DNA of 64,000 nt from Chloroflexaceae bacterium (GTDB lineage: Bacteria > Chloroflexota > Chloroflexia > Chloroflexales > Chloroflexaceae), in assembly GCA_025057155.1 (NCBI GenBank), contig JANWYD010000016.1, forward strand, positions 54,056-118,055. Reading direction: 5' to 3'. The stretch's first letter is position 1. Every line of letters begins with the position of its first letter. Below the pieces are notes generated by a model, which did not search any database, was not told where the DNA came from, and saw only the letters and a list, made by a program, of their open reading frames with translations. Position numbers and translations under genes: made by a program. Positions 1 to 9,648 of this stretch are shown here, piece after piece.

Positions 1-629
1 AAGGCCACTTCGGGCGCTTTGATTGACGCTGCGCGAACGATCTTTCCGCCATGCTGGTTGCACCCGCCGATCTCCGGCAAATCGATCCCTTCAGCAAAGC
101 GCAGCGGCACTGACTGCTTGCCGCTCCAGCCATCGCCGCGGGCGGTGTAGGCGGTAAAGTGCAGGTGCGGCACCCCCGGCGAACCGCGATCCCCGGCGAA
201 CCCCAGAGTCTCGCCGGCCTGGAAGTAGCGCCCCGGCTGGGTAGAGACGGCCCGGGCCAGATGGGTGTACATGGTGAAGAAGCTTGCGCTGTGGCGCAGG
301 ATCAGCGTGCCGCTGCGCCATTCCCAGTACCAGACCGCGCCCCCGGCTGCGGCGCGGATGGGCGCATCGTAGGTTGGACCGTTGACCTGAGCCAGGTCGA
401 GAGAGTAGCGATCCCAGCCGTTGTGGGTGCCACAGGCGTAGCCCTGGATGATACGCCAGTCTTCCCCCGGCGGGGTCGGCAGGATCAGGACCGGCGCGGC
501 CTGGACCGTGCGGGGAGCAATGCTCGAAAACAGCGCAAGGAGAAGCGCCAGCAGCGCAAGAAGCCAACGGAACGGTACAGGACGGGTCTCGATGCTGCGG
601 CATGGCAGAAACGCATGCGAACGTGGCAA
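1..629 (-). CDS. M23 family metallopeptidase; the C-terminal end runs off the window edge and the ORF is absent from the supplied track
   Basis: My own minus-strand translation gives a signal-like LLALLALLLALFSS, then THNGWD (HxxxD) and GVPHLHFTAY (HxH). A TTG start at 629 has AGGAGG 6 nt upstream. The frame stays open to base 3. Confidence 0.7.
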   Translation of the reverse strand, partial: MPRSHAFLPCRSIETRPVPFRWLLALLALLLALFSSIAPRTVQAAPVLILPTPPGEDWRIIQGYACGTHNGWDRYSLDLAQVNGPTYDAPIRAAAGGAVWYWEWRSGTLILRHSASFFTMYTHLARAVSTQPGRYFQAGETLGFAGDRGSPGVPHLHFTAYTARGDGWSGKQSVPLRFAEGIDLPEIGGCNQHGGKIVRAASIKAPEVA

Positions 630-1062
630 GGGCAACCTCCTGGTCGTGGGGAGCATATCTCCCCAGTGATCGACGTGGATCTGGCCGGCGCGCGCGGAGC
701 GCCAGACCATTCGTTGAACCGGACCAATTCCGGGGCGGAACGGGCGCCATCGCCCGGGGCCGCGCCCGGCGGCTCAGATGAGGTTTCAGCGGCGCCTGAC
801 AATCCGGGCCGGGTCTCTGAACCTCCACGGCTCTAAGAGCCAGTGGTAAGGAGGCGTGGCGGTGTGGAGGCGTTGAGCCGTAGCCCCGCTGTCAGGCCGG
901 AAGACCCTGTCTGAAACCTGCCTCGCAAATAAGACCTCCTGGTCACTGGTCGCATCCGGGCGACAAGAAGCGCCGCGACGGTCGGGGTCGCTGACGGAGC
1001 GGAAGGATAGCATAGACTCCCAAAAAGGTCAAATAATCCTGAAAACTTGCTGAGAAGAACGG

Positions 1063-1091
1063 TTGACAGCGGGCCGCCGCCCGCCTACAAT
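1063..1091 (+). promoter_or_regulatory. sigma70-type promoter: TTGACA, 17 nt, TACAAT
   Basis: TTGACA at 1063-1068, a 17-nt spacer, and TACAAT at 1086-1091, about 40 nt upstream of the ATG at 1131. Confidence 0.6.
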
Positions 1092-1130
1092 CCAGGCGAA
1101 TAACTCCCGTGGACCGACCGTAATCGCGAG

Positions 1131-1997
1131 ATGGACGAACCCTTCATACTGATCGTCGGCGCCGCCGACACGGGGCGCGCCCCGATCACCGTGGCGCTGT
1201 TGCGCCGTCTGGCCGCGCAGCGCGGCCTGAACTGGCGGATTGAATCGGCCGGCGTGGTCGGCCACGACGACGATCCCGCCGAACCTGAGGCCCGCGACGC
1301 GCTGCTGATCCTGGGTCTCGATCTGAGCGCCCATCGCGCCCGCTCCTTGACCGACGAACTGGCAGAGGCGGCGCGAGTGATCGTGACGGTTGACCGCGGC
1401 GTGGCCCGTGTAGTGCGCGCGAGACGTCCCGGCGCAAGCATTGCCGCCCTGGGCGAACTCGCCGGGCGCGAGCGTGACATCCCCGATCCCTTCCGGATGC
1501 AAGTCGGCGCATGGGTGCAGTATGCGCGCGAGATTGAAGCCTTGCTGGAGGCCGGCTTCCCCCGTCTCCAGACCCTGGTTATGGGTGAGACGCCGGTGGA
1601 GGAAGGACGTGCGTCTTCCGCTGCTGCCGACGAGCGCCCCGCCCGTTCGTCAGACCTGGCTGCACCGCTTGCCTCGACGGCGCCTGAACCGCGGCTGGCC
1701 GCCGTCGGGCGTATTTCGCGCCTCCTGGATCTGAGCGCGGAGATGCCCGGCGTGATTAACTGGGCGGGCGCGCGCCGCCAGATCGAAGCCGACCTCGGCG
1801 TGATGGAACAGCCCTTCACTCCCGATGACCTGGCCCGCCCCTACGTCGCCGTCCTGCGAGCGATGCTCGGCCTCTGCCCTGAAATCCCCGCCGCCGATCG
1901 CTGTGCCGCGCTGCGGGCCGCCGTGGCGCGGCTGCGGGCGCCTATCGCCAGCGGCGATCTTGAAACCCTATCACGGGAACTGGCAGCCTTCACCTGA
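1131..1997 (+). CDS. LMW protein-tyrosine-phosphatase/ArsC-fold protein lacking the catalytic cysteine, with a ~140-aa C-terminal extension
   Basis: The N-terminal LIVGAADTGRAP aligns to the V-C-x-G-N-x-C-R-S-P P-loop with Cys replaced by Gly and Arg retained. A DIPDPF general-acid loop is present. Confidence 0.65.
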   Translation: MDEPFILIVGAADTGRAPITVALLRRLAAQRGLNWRIESAGVVGHDDDPAEPEARDALLILGLDLSAHRARSLTDELAEAARVIVTVDRGVARVVRARRPGASIAALGELAGRERDIPDPFRMQVGAWVQYAREIEALLEAGFPRLQTLVMGETPVEEGRASSAAADERPARSSDLAAPLASTAPEPRLAAVGRISRLLDLSAEMPGVINWAGARRQIEADLGVMEQPFTPDDLARPYVAVLRAMLGLCPEIPAADRCAALRAAVARLRAPIASGDLETLSRELAAFT

Positions 1998-2119
1998 GGC
2001 TCGCGGCCGGCAATGCGGCTGCGCTGTGAACCATCAGAAGAGGAAAATGCTGGGAGGGCCCGGTTCGCAAAGACCCTCCCATCGAGCAGGAGCGTGGGGA
2101 AATCGGAGTTCCCCCGGAG

Positions 2120-3517
2120 TCAGCAATTAGCCGTGACGGGCAGGTAGAGGCGCTGCGGCAGATCGCGGCGCTGTTCGGGCAGCGCGGGTTCCTCATCGGC
2201 GGCGCCAGACCAGATGATCGGCCCCGGGTCCACGCCGCTGACCAGGCCGAGCGGCTGGAACATTTGCGCGGTCAGGCCGGGGAAGATTGCGCCCAGGTTC
2301 GGGTTGCCCAGGCGCCGCAGGATGATCTCGCCCAGCACCACCCGAAAATCGGTGGTGATCCGCAGATCCTGCCCCTGGTCCAGATCCACAAGGCCCGGCC
2401 ACTGACCGTACACCCGCCCGCCGTTGACGCCGCCGCCCAGAACGAGCATCACATTGCCGTGGCCATGGTCGGTGCCATTGCTGGCGTTGCGGCCCAGGCG
2501 CCGGCCAAACTCGCTCATTACCACAATGGTCAGGCGGTTCTGGTAGTCAACCAGGTCGCTGTAGAGGGCGAACAGACCCTGGGAGAGCATCCCCAGCCGG
2601 TCGGGCAGATAGCCGGTGCCATCGCTGTAGGCCTGGTTCTCGTGGGTGTCCCAGCCCCCCAGGTCCACGGTGGCGATGCGCAGCCCCTGCTCCATCTTGA
2701 CGAGCTGAGCCACCGTGCGCAGAGCGTTGCCAAACGAGCCACCGGGGTAGGTAACGCCATCGCGCGGCGTATAGTTTCCAGGATTGGCGGCGCGGATGGC
2801 CTTGATCGTCTCGATAGTGCGGCGTCCGGCGACGTCCACGGGGTTCAGGCCGCTGCCGGGGTAGAAGTTCTCCAGCGCGCGCATCAGCGGATAGCTTTCT
2901 TCGGGACGATTGTAGCGCCAGTGGGTATTAATGGTGAACGAGCGCGGGTTGGACATCGCTACAGCATCGCGGTAGGCCAGCAGCGATGCTGGCGTCTGGT
3001 TGCCCGCGGAGACCGCCGGCAGCAGCCCGGTGGTCAGGCCGCTGGTTTGCAGGTGACGGGTGATCCATCCACTGCCGGTGGTCTTATTTCCTGGCGTGCC
3101 GCGCTCCATATAGTCCATGGCGTCGAAATGGCTGCGGGTGTCGTCGTTGAGACCACAGGCATGGATCATCGCCAGCCGCCCGGCGTCGTAGAGTTCCCTG
3201 AGGTGGGGCATTTTGCTGTTCAGGCCAAAGCTGCTGGCGCCGTAGGAAGGATTGCGCGGATCGATCCGCAGGGGCGCGTTCTGCCCCGTCAGGGGCAGGG
3301 CGAGCGTGCCGCGAGCCTGCCGGTACGCCGGGTCATCGTAGGGGCAGAGCAGGCTCAACCCATCGCAACCTCCGCGCAGAAAGACGACGACCAGAATCTC
3401 ATCACTGCCAGCCGCGCCCACCGGGTCGGCAAAGATCAACTGGCTGACGCGACCGGCCGCCAGGGCCGCGATCGCCGCGCTGCATCCTACCAGAAACTCA
3501 CGTCGTGTCACTTCCAC
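2120..3517 (-). CDS. DUF1501 domain protein (sulfatase-like fold, Tat-secreted)
   Basis: A TRREFLVGCSAAIAALAAG twin-arginine signal and DUF1501-like conserved blocks (FLRGGCDGL, GGWDTHENQ, SEFGRR). I prefer the GTG at 3517, which has GGAGGA upstream. The track ORF extends to 3580. Confidence 0.8.
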   Translation of the reverse strand: MEVTRREFLVGCSAAIAALAAGRVSQLIFADPVGAAGSDEILVVVFLRGGCDGLSLLCPYDDPAYRQARGTLALPLTGQNAPLRIDPRNPSYGASSFGLNSKMPHLRELYDAGRLAMIHACGLNDDTRSHFDAMDYMERGTPGNKTTGSGWITRHLQTSGLTTGLLPAVSAGNQTPASLLAYRDAVAMSNPRSFTINTHWRYNRPEESYPLMRALENFYPGSGLNPVDVAGRRTIETIKAIRAANPGNYTPRDGVTYPGGSFGNALRTVAQLVKMEQGLRIATVDLGGWDTHENQAYSDGTGYLPDRLGMLSQGLFALYSDLVDYQNRLTIVVMSEFGRRLGRNASNGTDHGHGNVMLVLGGGVNGGRVYGQWPGLVDLDQGQDLRITTDFRVVLGEIILRRLGNPNLGAIFPGLTAQMFQPLGLVSGVDPGPIIWSGAADEEPALPEQRRDLPQRLYLPVTANC

Positions 3518-3752
3518 GATCCGTTCCTCCTCTCCGCAATGCGGTGATGAATCAGACAGGTCTTGCTGACAGAGCGCCACCCTCCCACAACCCTCCCCGC
3601 TGGCGGTGCGGCGAGGAACTTGACTTCCCTGCCCGCCGGTTGCTGCGCACAGAGACAGTGTGGCCGGGCGTGGGGGGGAACGCGCCCGGCCACACGAGGG
3701 CCACCAGTGGGGGGAAGGTCGGCCCTCCGGCAGAACGCGCCAGGCGCTGAAC

Positions 3753-5543
3753 CTAGCGCAGGTTAAATTCGGGACTCATGGCCAGGAGTTGCACCATCGT
3801 GCGCACCCGGTCGTGGACGCCCTCCATCGCGCCCCAATCCGGGGCGCGCGGCGTCGGGCGCGGCGGTGCATTGGGGTCGCCGCCAAAGGCGAGAAAGTTG
3901 ATCAGCTCGGCTCGCACGCGGGGCGTAAGCTCGAACCCGCACAGACGTCTGCTCCATTCGTCCACGATCTCGCGACAGGAGGCATTCAGGTTGGTTTGTC
4001 CGATGACATCAATGCTCACATTGCCGCCCCAGCTCTGGGTCATGGAGTAGAAGCTGTTCCAGCGCGCCAGCAAACTGTTGGTGTTCGCCCAGTAGCTGGC
4101 CGTGTCGGGATGGCCGGTTGGCGTGTCCCAGTCGAAGAGCTGGTGGCCGCTCTGGTCAGCGGTGTAGAACAGGCTGCTCCAGTAGCCGCCGCGGGTCGCA
4201 TCGCCATCAACCGACTCTACGTCGCTTGGCAGGCGCGCGTTCGTTGCGCGGAGAAAGGCCCACATTGCATCTAGCGGGCGGCGCATCTTGCGCCCGAAGG
4301 TAGTGCGACATTCGGGCGACAGCACGATGGTCCGCACCACCTGGCGGATCTGGTCGGGCGACCGGCGATTGGCCATCCACACCTCGACTGCCGCATCAAT
4401 CACCCGTTGCGGCGGATCGTCGGCGATGAGCCGCCGCGCGAGCTTGGTGCAGATGTGCCGCGCCGTGCCAGGATGATTGCAGAGCAGATCGAAGACCTGC
4501 TGGCCATCGGTCAGACCAGGCTGGTTGCGAGGGATGTTGGGGGCCGGCGGGATGCCCGGGGCCGGGCGCACCGCCAGAACAGTCTTGGGATTCGTGTCGT
4601 GCCAGTCGGCGAGGAAGTAGAACTCGCCCGTATTCGGACGCCCGTCGCGCCCGTTAGCGATCGTCCAGCCGGTGAAACAGCGAGCCGCTTCGTACACATC
4701 GTCGTCAATGTAGCCGCGCGGAAAGGTCTCGCTGCCATAGTTGATGGTATCAATCAGGCCGCGGTTATCGTAGAACTTAAGATAGTTGTCCGAGCCGAGG
4801 GTGTGCAACTCGAACAACTCGCGGGCATAGTTCTCATTGCCGCCTTCGCCCCCCGCCGCACGGTTGCTGACATTGTCCAGGTAGAGCATCATGGCGACGC
4901 TCTTGCCTACTTCTTCCACGAAGGTGCGAAAGTTCCCCAGGGCGTGGGTGCGGATCAGGCGGTCGTAAGCCGGCCAGGTGGCCGCAATGCTGCCATCGGC
5001 AGTGGCCTTCACATTAAAGTGGTTGTGCCAGAAATCCACCAGCACTTCGAAGAGCTGGCGCCGGCTATGAACGGCGCGGATCCAGGTGGCGACGCGTACC
5101 TCGTTGAAGGGCCTGACCCGCTCGTTCCAATCCATATTCATATTCATCCCGCCATTGGCGCGGGTCCACAACTCCGTGGCGCTGGCGCCGAGCAACTCCA
5201 GAGGGCGGGCCTGGTTGACCGTGCCGTAGCGGATCTTGAGCCGCACGGCGGCGATCAGTTGCTCACATTCGCTATCGTCAATCGTGGCCGGGTTGAGTTG
5301 CTGGTCAATCCAGCGTTCGTAGCGCTCGTCAGGGGTGGCGCCCAGGGCATTAAAAGCGGCGAGATCGCTGGCGCGCATCCCGTAAGCCAGCCGGTTGAGC
5401 GCAACGCTCGCCGGAGAAGCCGGGGGCAGCACCTGGCAGGCCGCCAGGACCGGGGCCGGCTCGCCGATCAGGGTGCGCGCCGTCGCGGCTGTGGCCGCCA
5501 GGGCTACGCTACTACCAAGCAGGTTGCGTCGAGTCAGCCTCAT
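3753..5543 (-). CDS. DUF1800 family protein (Tat signal), usual partner of DUF1501
   Basis: MRLTRRNLLGSSVALAATA Tat signal, a 596-aa DUF1800-like sequence, and a position directly upstream of the DUF1501 gene. Confidence 0.8.
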   Translation of the reverse strand: MRLTRRNLLGSSVALAATAATARTLIGEPAPVLAACQVLPPASPASVALNRLAYGMRASDLAAFNALGATPDERYERWIDQQLNPATIDDSECEQLIAAVRLKIRYGTVNQARPLELLGASATELWTRANGGMNMNMDWNERVRPFNEVRVATWIRAVHSRRQLFEVLVDFWHNHFNVKATADGSIAATWPAYDRLIRTHALGNFRTFVEEVGKSVAMMLYLDNVSNRAAGGEGGNENYARELFELHTLGSDNYLKFYDNRGLIDTINYGSETFPRGYIDDDVYEAARCFTGWTIANGRDGRPNTGEFYFLADWHDTNPKTVLAVRPAPGIPPAPNIPRNQPGLTDGQQVFDLLCNHPGTARHICTKLARRLIADDPPQRVIDAAVEVWMANRRSPDQIRQVVRTIVLSPECRTTFGRKMRRPLDAMWAFLRATNARLPSDVESVDGDATRGGYWSSLFYTADQSGHQLFDWDTPTGHPDTASYWANTNSLLARWNSFYSMTQSWGGNVSIDVIGQTNLNASCREIVDEWSRRLCGFELTPRVRAELINFLAFGGDPNAPPRPTPRAPDWGAMEGVHDRVRTMVQLLAMSPEFNLR

Positions 5544-5675
5544 AGAGCCTCGCTTCGTGCGTTGGAAAGTGCGGTTCGATGCTGTCGCTCATACCGCCAG
5601 TCGCGCCCCCAACCGGTTCGCCAGCGCTGCGGCGGCGAGCGCCTCAGGGGGGCGTCCCATAATGGACGCGCCATT

Positions 5676-5703
5676 AGTATAAAATCGGTTAAAAGATTGG
5701 CAA
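5676..5703 (-). promoter_or_regulatory. sigma70-type promoter for the DUF1800-DUF1501 operon
   Basis: On the minus strand: TTGCCA, a 16-nt spacer, then TATACT. This lies about 130 nt upstream of the start at 5543. Confidence 0.45.
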
Positions 5704-5879
5704 GGATGACGATGGTCCCGAAGACGCGGCGCTCCTGGTAAGACGGGTCGTACGGGTTATCGTCGGGGAAGGGCAAACGCCCGGCCAGATCGGGGCCTGA
5801 CCGGTTAGCATAATACGTGCTGGGGATTACCGCAGCGCGCGCAGATAAACGGAGCGGATGGACCCACCGACGCCCCTTT

Positions 5880-6053
5880 CTCAGGTGTAGGGTTTTCCGG
5901 CGCATCCTCGCGTCACATTCGCCATCCGGGGCATTGGGCCCCCCCCCGCCCCCCTCTCCACCTACGGTGGAGAGGGGGGCGGGGGGGTGAGGATCGGAAG
6001 CGCATTGGAATGCCGAAAACCCCTTCTCGCTCGAAAAACCCTGCACCTGAGAG
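5880..6053 (+). repeat. Family-1 dispersed element (~172 bp, terminal inverted repeats plus central hairpin), copy A
   Basis: The ends are CTCAGGTGTAGGGTTTTCCGG and CGAAAAACCCTGCACCTGAGAG. The centre is a 22-bp perfect stem (cccccccgcccccctctccacc / ggtggagaggggggcggggggg) with loop tacg. Confidence 0.85.
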
Positions 6054-6195
6054 CTGAAGCCCCTCCCGCGTCTCCGGAGAGGACGCACGTGGCAGATGCG
6101 CACGCTGCCTGGCAGAGCTTGCCGCGACAGGGGTTGTATGCTACGATGACGCACTGTTCCACAATAGCCGCATGACGGTAACCCTCCTATTGCCA

Positions 6196-6283
6196 ATTCC
6201 TGTTGAATAAACAGACTGCGCGCGCATCACCGCCAGGTCTCATCCGGACAGCGCATACGGCAATCGAAAATTCAAACTCTACC
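6196..6283 (-). repeat. Family-5 element (~85 nt ending in CCAAAATC-type octamers), degenerate copy just upstream of uvrA
   Basis: It aligns by eye at roughly three quarters identity with 63720-63803 through ttcctgttga...cgccaggtctcatc.gga...atacggcaatc.aaaat.caaa. Confidence 0.7.
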
Positions 6284-6290
6284 ATCCGAA

Positions 6291-9257
6291 ATGGCGTGTA
6301 TGGAATGGATCGTCGTCCGTGGCGCTCGCGAGCACAACTTGAAGAACATTGACGTGCGTCTGCCGCGCAACCGGCTCGTCGTCATCACCGGTCTGTCGGG
6401 TTCGGGCAAGAGTTCTCTGGCCTTCGATACGATCTTCGCCGAAGGGCAACGGCGGTACGTCGAGAGTCTTTCGACCTATGCGCGGCAGTTCTTCGGGCAG
6501 ATCGAGAAGCCCGATGTCGACTCCATCACCGGTCTCTCGCCAGCGATTGCAATTGATCAGAAGAGCGGCAGCCGCAATCCGCGCTCGACGGTGGGCACGG
6601 TTACCGAGATCTACGACTTCCTGCGCCTGCTGTTCGCCCGCACCGGCCACCCTCACTGCCCGCAGTGCAACCGCCCGTTGAGCCGCCAGACGCCGCAACA
6701 GATCGTGGATGCGCTCCTGGCGCTCCCCGATGGCAGCCGCGTGCTGATCCTGGCTCCTGTAGTGCGCGGTCAGAAGGGTGAGCATCAGGCGGTCTTTGAC
6801 GATCTGCGCCAGCGCGGCTTCGTGCGCGCGCGCGTGGATGGCGAGGTTCACGAACTGGACGAGCCGCCGAAACTGGAGAAGTACCGCCCGCACACCATTG
6901 AGGCGGTGGTGGATCGACTGGTGATCCGGCATGGGCCGGGAAACGCCTCGCCCTCCGGCCATCCTGACCGCGTGCGTCTGAGCGATTCAGTGGAGGCGGC
7001 ATTGAAACTGGGCGCGGGGCAAATGCTGGTGCAGATCGTCGGCGGCGAGGAATTGACCTTCTCGGAACAGTACGCCTGCCCCGTGCACGGCCCGGCGAAC
7101 CTCGGCAGCCTGGAGCCGCGCGACTTCTCGTTCAACAATCCGCGGGGAGCCTGTCCCGCCTGTGGGGGATTGGGGGTGGTCCAGGAACTCGATCCGGCGC
7201 TGGTGATTCCGAACCGGAACAAATCGCTGCGCGAAGGGGCGGTAGCGCCGTGGGCCGAGGGGAGCAAGGCCAGCCGGCGTTACTACGATGATTTGCTGGG
7301 CTCGCTGGCCGAGCACCTGGGGTTCTCGCTCGATGCTCCGCTCCGTACGCTGCCGCCCGAGGTGATCGGGGCGCTACTCTATGGCACCAACGGCGAGACC
7401 CTGACGCTGCACTACCATATCGGCGGCAAGACCCGCGAGGTGCAGGCGCCCTTTGAGGGGGTCATCCCTAACCTGCGGCGGCGTTTCGCCGAAGCCCGAG
7501 ACGACGCCGAGCGCGAGGCCCTGGCCCGGTACATGACCCCGCGAACCTGCGGCGCCTGCGGCGGGGCCCGCCTCCGCCCGGAGGTGCGCGCCGTCACCGT
7601 CGCCGGTCAATCCATCGCGGCGATCACCCGGATGAGCGTGGCCGAGACGTTGAAGTGGACCGAGGGGCTGCTGGAGACGATCGAGGGCCGCGCGGTCGTG
7701 AGCGACCCGCTCGCGGCAGGGAGTGCGAGCGCCGGGGAGACGCGCCCGGTGTCGCGGCCAATCCTCAGCGAGCGCGAGAAGCTGATCGCTGCACCGATAC
7801 TGCGCGAGATCCGCAACCGGCTGGCTTTTCTCTGCGACGTCGGGCTGGGCTACCTGGAGCTGGATCGCTCGGCAATGACGCTCTCCGGCGGCGAAAGCCA
7901 GCGCATCCGCCTGGCGACGCAGGTTGGCGCCGGCCTCTCAGGCGTGCTCTACGTGCTCGACGAGCCAAGCATTGGCCTGCATCCCCGTGACCACGACCGG
8001 CTGTTACAGACGCTGCTGCGCCTGCGCGATCTGGGCAACAGCGTGCTGGTGGTCGAACACGATGAAGCGACGATCCGCGCCGCCGACTGGATCATTGACA
8101 TCGGCCCGGGAGCGGGCGAAGCCGGGGGCGAAGTAGTCGCCAGCGGCCCTCTAGAAGAGATCCTTGCCGAACCGCGCTCGTTGACCGGCCAGTACCTTAG
8201 CGGCAAGCGACGCATCCCTGTGCCGCAGCAGCGCCGCAGCGGCAACGGCAAGCGTCTGGAGATTCGCGGCGCCCGCGAGCATAACCTCCAGGGCATCAAC
8301 GTGAGCATTCCCCTGGGAACCTTCGTGGTCGTCACCGGAGTAAGCGGCAGCGGGAAGAGCAGCCTGATTATGGACACGCTCTACCCGAAGGCGGCCCAGG
8401 TCCTGCATGGCGCACGGGGACGCGCCGGCGCCCATGACGCCATCCATGGACTCGAACATCTCGACAAGGTGATTAGCATTGATCAAAGCCCGATCGGGCG
8501 CACGCCACGCTCCAATCCCGCCACCTACACCAGGGTGTTCGACCCCATCCGCGCGCTCTTCGCCGCCACCCCCGAGGCTCGCGCACGGGGCTACGACGCC
8601 TCGCGCTTCAGTTTCAACGTCAAAGGCGGGCGCTGCGACGCCTGCGACGGCGAGGGGTTGATCCAGGTGGAAATGCAGTTCCTCCCCGACCTGTTCGTGC
8701 CCTGCGAGGTCTGTGGCGGTACGCGCTACAACCGTGAAACCCTCGATATCCGCTACCGTGGCAAGACCATCGCCGAGGTGCTGGATATGACGGTGGAAGA
8801 GGCGTCGGCCTTTTTCGCGCGGGTGCCGGCGATTAACGAGCGTCTCCAGGCCCTGCGCGACGTGGGGCTGGGCTACCTGCGGCTCGGCCAGCCCGCCACA
8901 ACCCTTTCCGGCGGCGAGGCCCAGCGCATCAAACTGGCTGGCGAGCTGGCGCGGCGCGCAACCGGGCGCACGCTCTACATTCTCGACGAGCCGACCACCG
9001 GCCTTCACTTCGCCGACATCGAACGACTGCTCGGCGTGTTGCAGCGGCTGGTAGACAGCGGCAATACCGTGGTGGTGATTGAACACAACCTTGATATGAT
9101 CAAGAGCGCCGACTGGGTGATTGACCTCGGCCCTGAAGGCGGCAGCGGCGGCGGCCAGCTCGTGGGCAGCGGCGCCCCTGAGCACATCGCCGCCCTTCCC
9201 GGTTCCTATACCGGCGCCTATCTGCGGGCATGCCTTTCGGTCTCGTTGAGAGCATAG
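6291..9257 (+). CDS. uvrA: excinuclease ABC subunit A
   Basis: A 988-aa protein. It has GLSGSGKSSLAFDT and VTGVSGSGKSSL Walker A motifs, two LSGGE signatures and zinc-finger Cys pairs. Confidence 0.97.
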   Translation: MACMEWIVVRGAREHNLKNIDVRLPRNRLVVITGLSGSGKSSLAFDTIFAEGQRRYVESLSTYARQFFGQIEKPDVDSITGLSPAIAIDQKSGSRNPRSTVGTVTEIYDFLRLLFARTGHPHCPQCNRPLSRQTPQQIVDALLALPDGSRVLILAPVVRGQKGEHQAVFDDLRQRGFVRARVDGEVHELDEPPKLEKYRPHTIEAVVDRLVIRHGPGNASPSGHPDRVRLSDSVEAALKLGAGQMLVQIVGGEELTFSEQYACPVHGPANLGSLEPRDFSFNNPRGACPACGGLGVVQELDPALVIPNRNKSLREGAVAPWAEGSKASRRYYDDLLGSLAEHLGFSLDAPLRTLPPEVIGALLYGTNGETLTLHYHIGGKTREVQAPFEGVIPNLRRRFAEARDDAEREALARYMTPRTCGACGGARLRPEVRAVTVAGQSIAAITRMSVAETLKWTEGLLETIEGRAVVSDPLAAGSASAGETRPVSRPILSEREKLIAAPILREIRNRLAFLCDVGLGYLELDRSAMTLSGGESQRIRLATQVGAGLSGVLYVLDEPSIGLHPRDHDRLLQTLLRLRDLGNSVLVVEHDEATIRAADWIIDIGPGAGEAGGEVVASGPLEEILAEPRSLTGQYLSGKRRIPVPQQRRSGNGKRLEIRGAREHNLQGINVSIPLGTFVVVTGVSGSGKSSLIMDTLYPKAAQVLHGARGRAGAHDAIHGLEHLDKVISIDQSPIGRTPRSNPATYTRVFDPIRALFAATPEARARGYDASRFSFNVKGGRCDACDGEGLIQVEMQFLPDLFVPCEVCGGTRYNRETLDIRYRGKTIAEVLDMTVEEASAFFARVPAINERLQALRDVGLGYLRLGQPATTLSGGEAQRIKLAGELARRATGRTLYILDEPTTGLHFADIERLLGVLQRLVDSGNTVVVIEHNLDMIKSADWVIDLGPEGGSGGGQLVGSGAPEHIAALPGSYTGAYLRACLSVSLRA

Positions 9258-9423
9258 CGGCCTGGCGAGGTTGCTCAAGCTCCGCTAACCGGCGCGAACG
9301 TGTTCGGCGGATGTGAACGCCTTCGCGCCTCCGAGAGCCGCAAAGGGCTTTAAACAGTTCGTCTTTTACGCTCCTTCGCGCGCTCTGGAGTCAATCTGTA
9401 CCGCCAGACACCGACGCGTCGCC

Positions 9424-9452
9424 TTGACACTCGCTCCCGTCACCCGTACCAT
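9424..9452 (+). promoter_or_regulatory. candidate promoter: TTGACA, 17 nt, TACCAT
   Basis: TTGACA at 9424-9429 and TACCAT at 9447-9452, upstream of the antiporter gene. Confidence 0.35.
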
Positions 9453-9648
9453 AATACGGAAGCCCCTGTTATCCCACGCTTCACAGGCGCCGGAACCACG
9501 CGGTTCAGGCGCGCGACTCTTTCCCAGACGGTTTGATCGCGCAGGGTGATGCTCCCTCGCGCCCGCGCGGGCGCGAAGGGGCATGGATCAACCTGTCGCG
9601 ACCATGCGAAAACTGCCGTTGATCGCCACGGAACGAGATGAGGGTGTC

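Noticed and set aside
5540-6196. ORFs running through the family-1/2 repeats (5540-6196, 12328-12837, 32070-32855, 49919-50494, 51457-52155, 53795-54418), which share peptide strings such as GFSAFQCAYGPHPP.
   Set aside because: The shared peptides are just translations of the dispersed DNA repeat in both orientations. The frames are not conserved between copies and there are no SDs.
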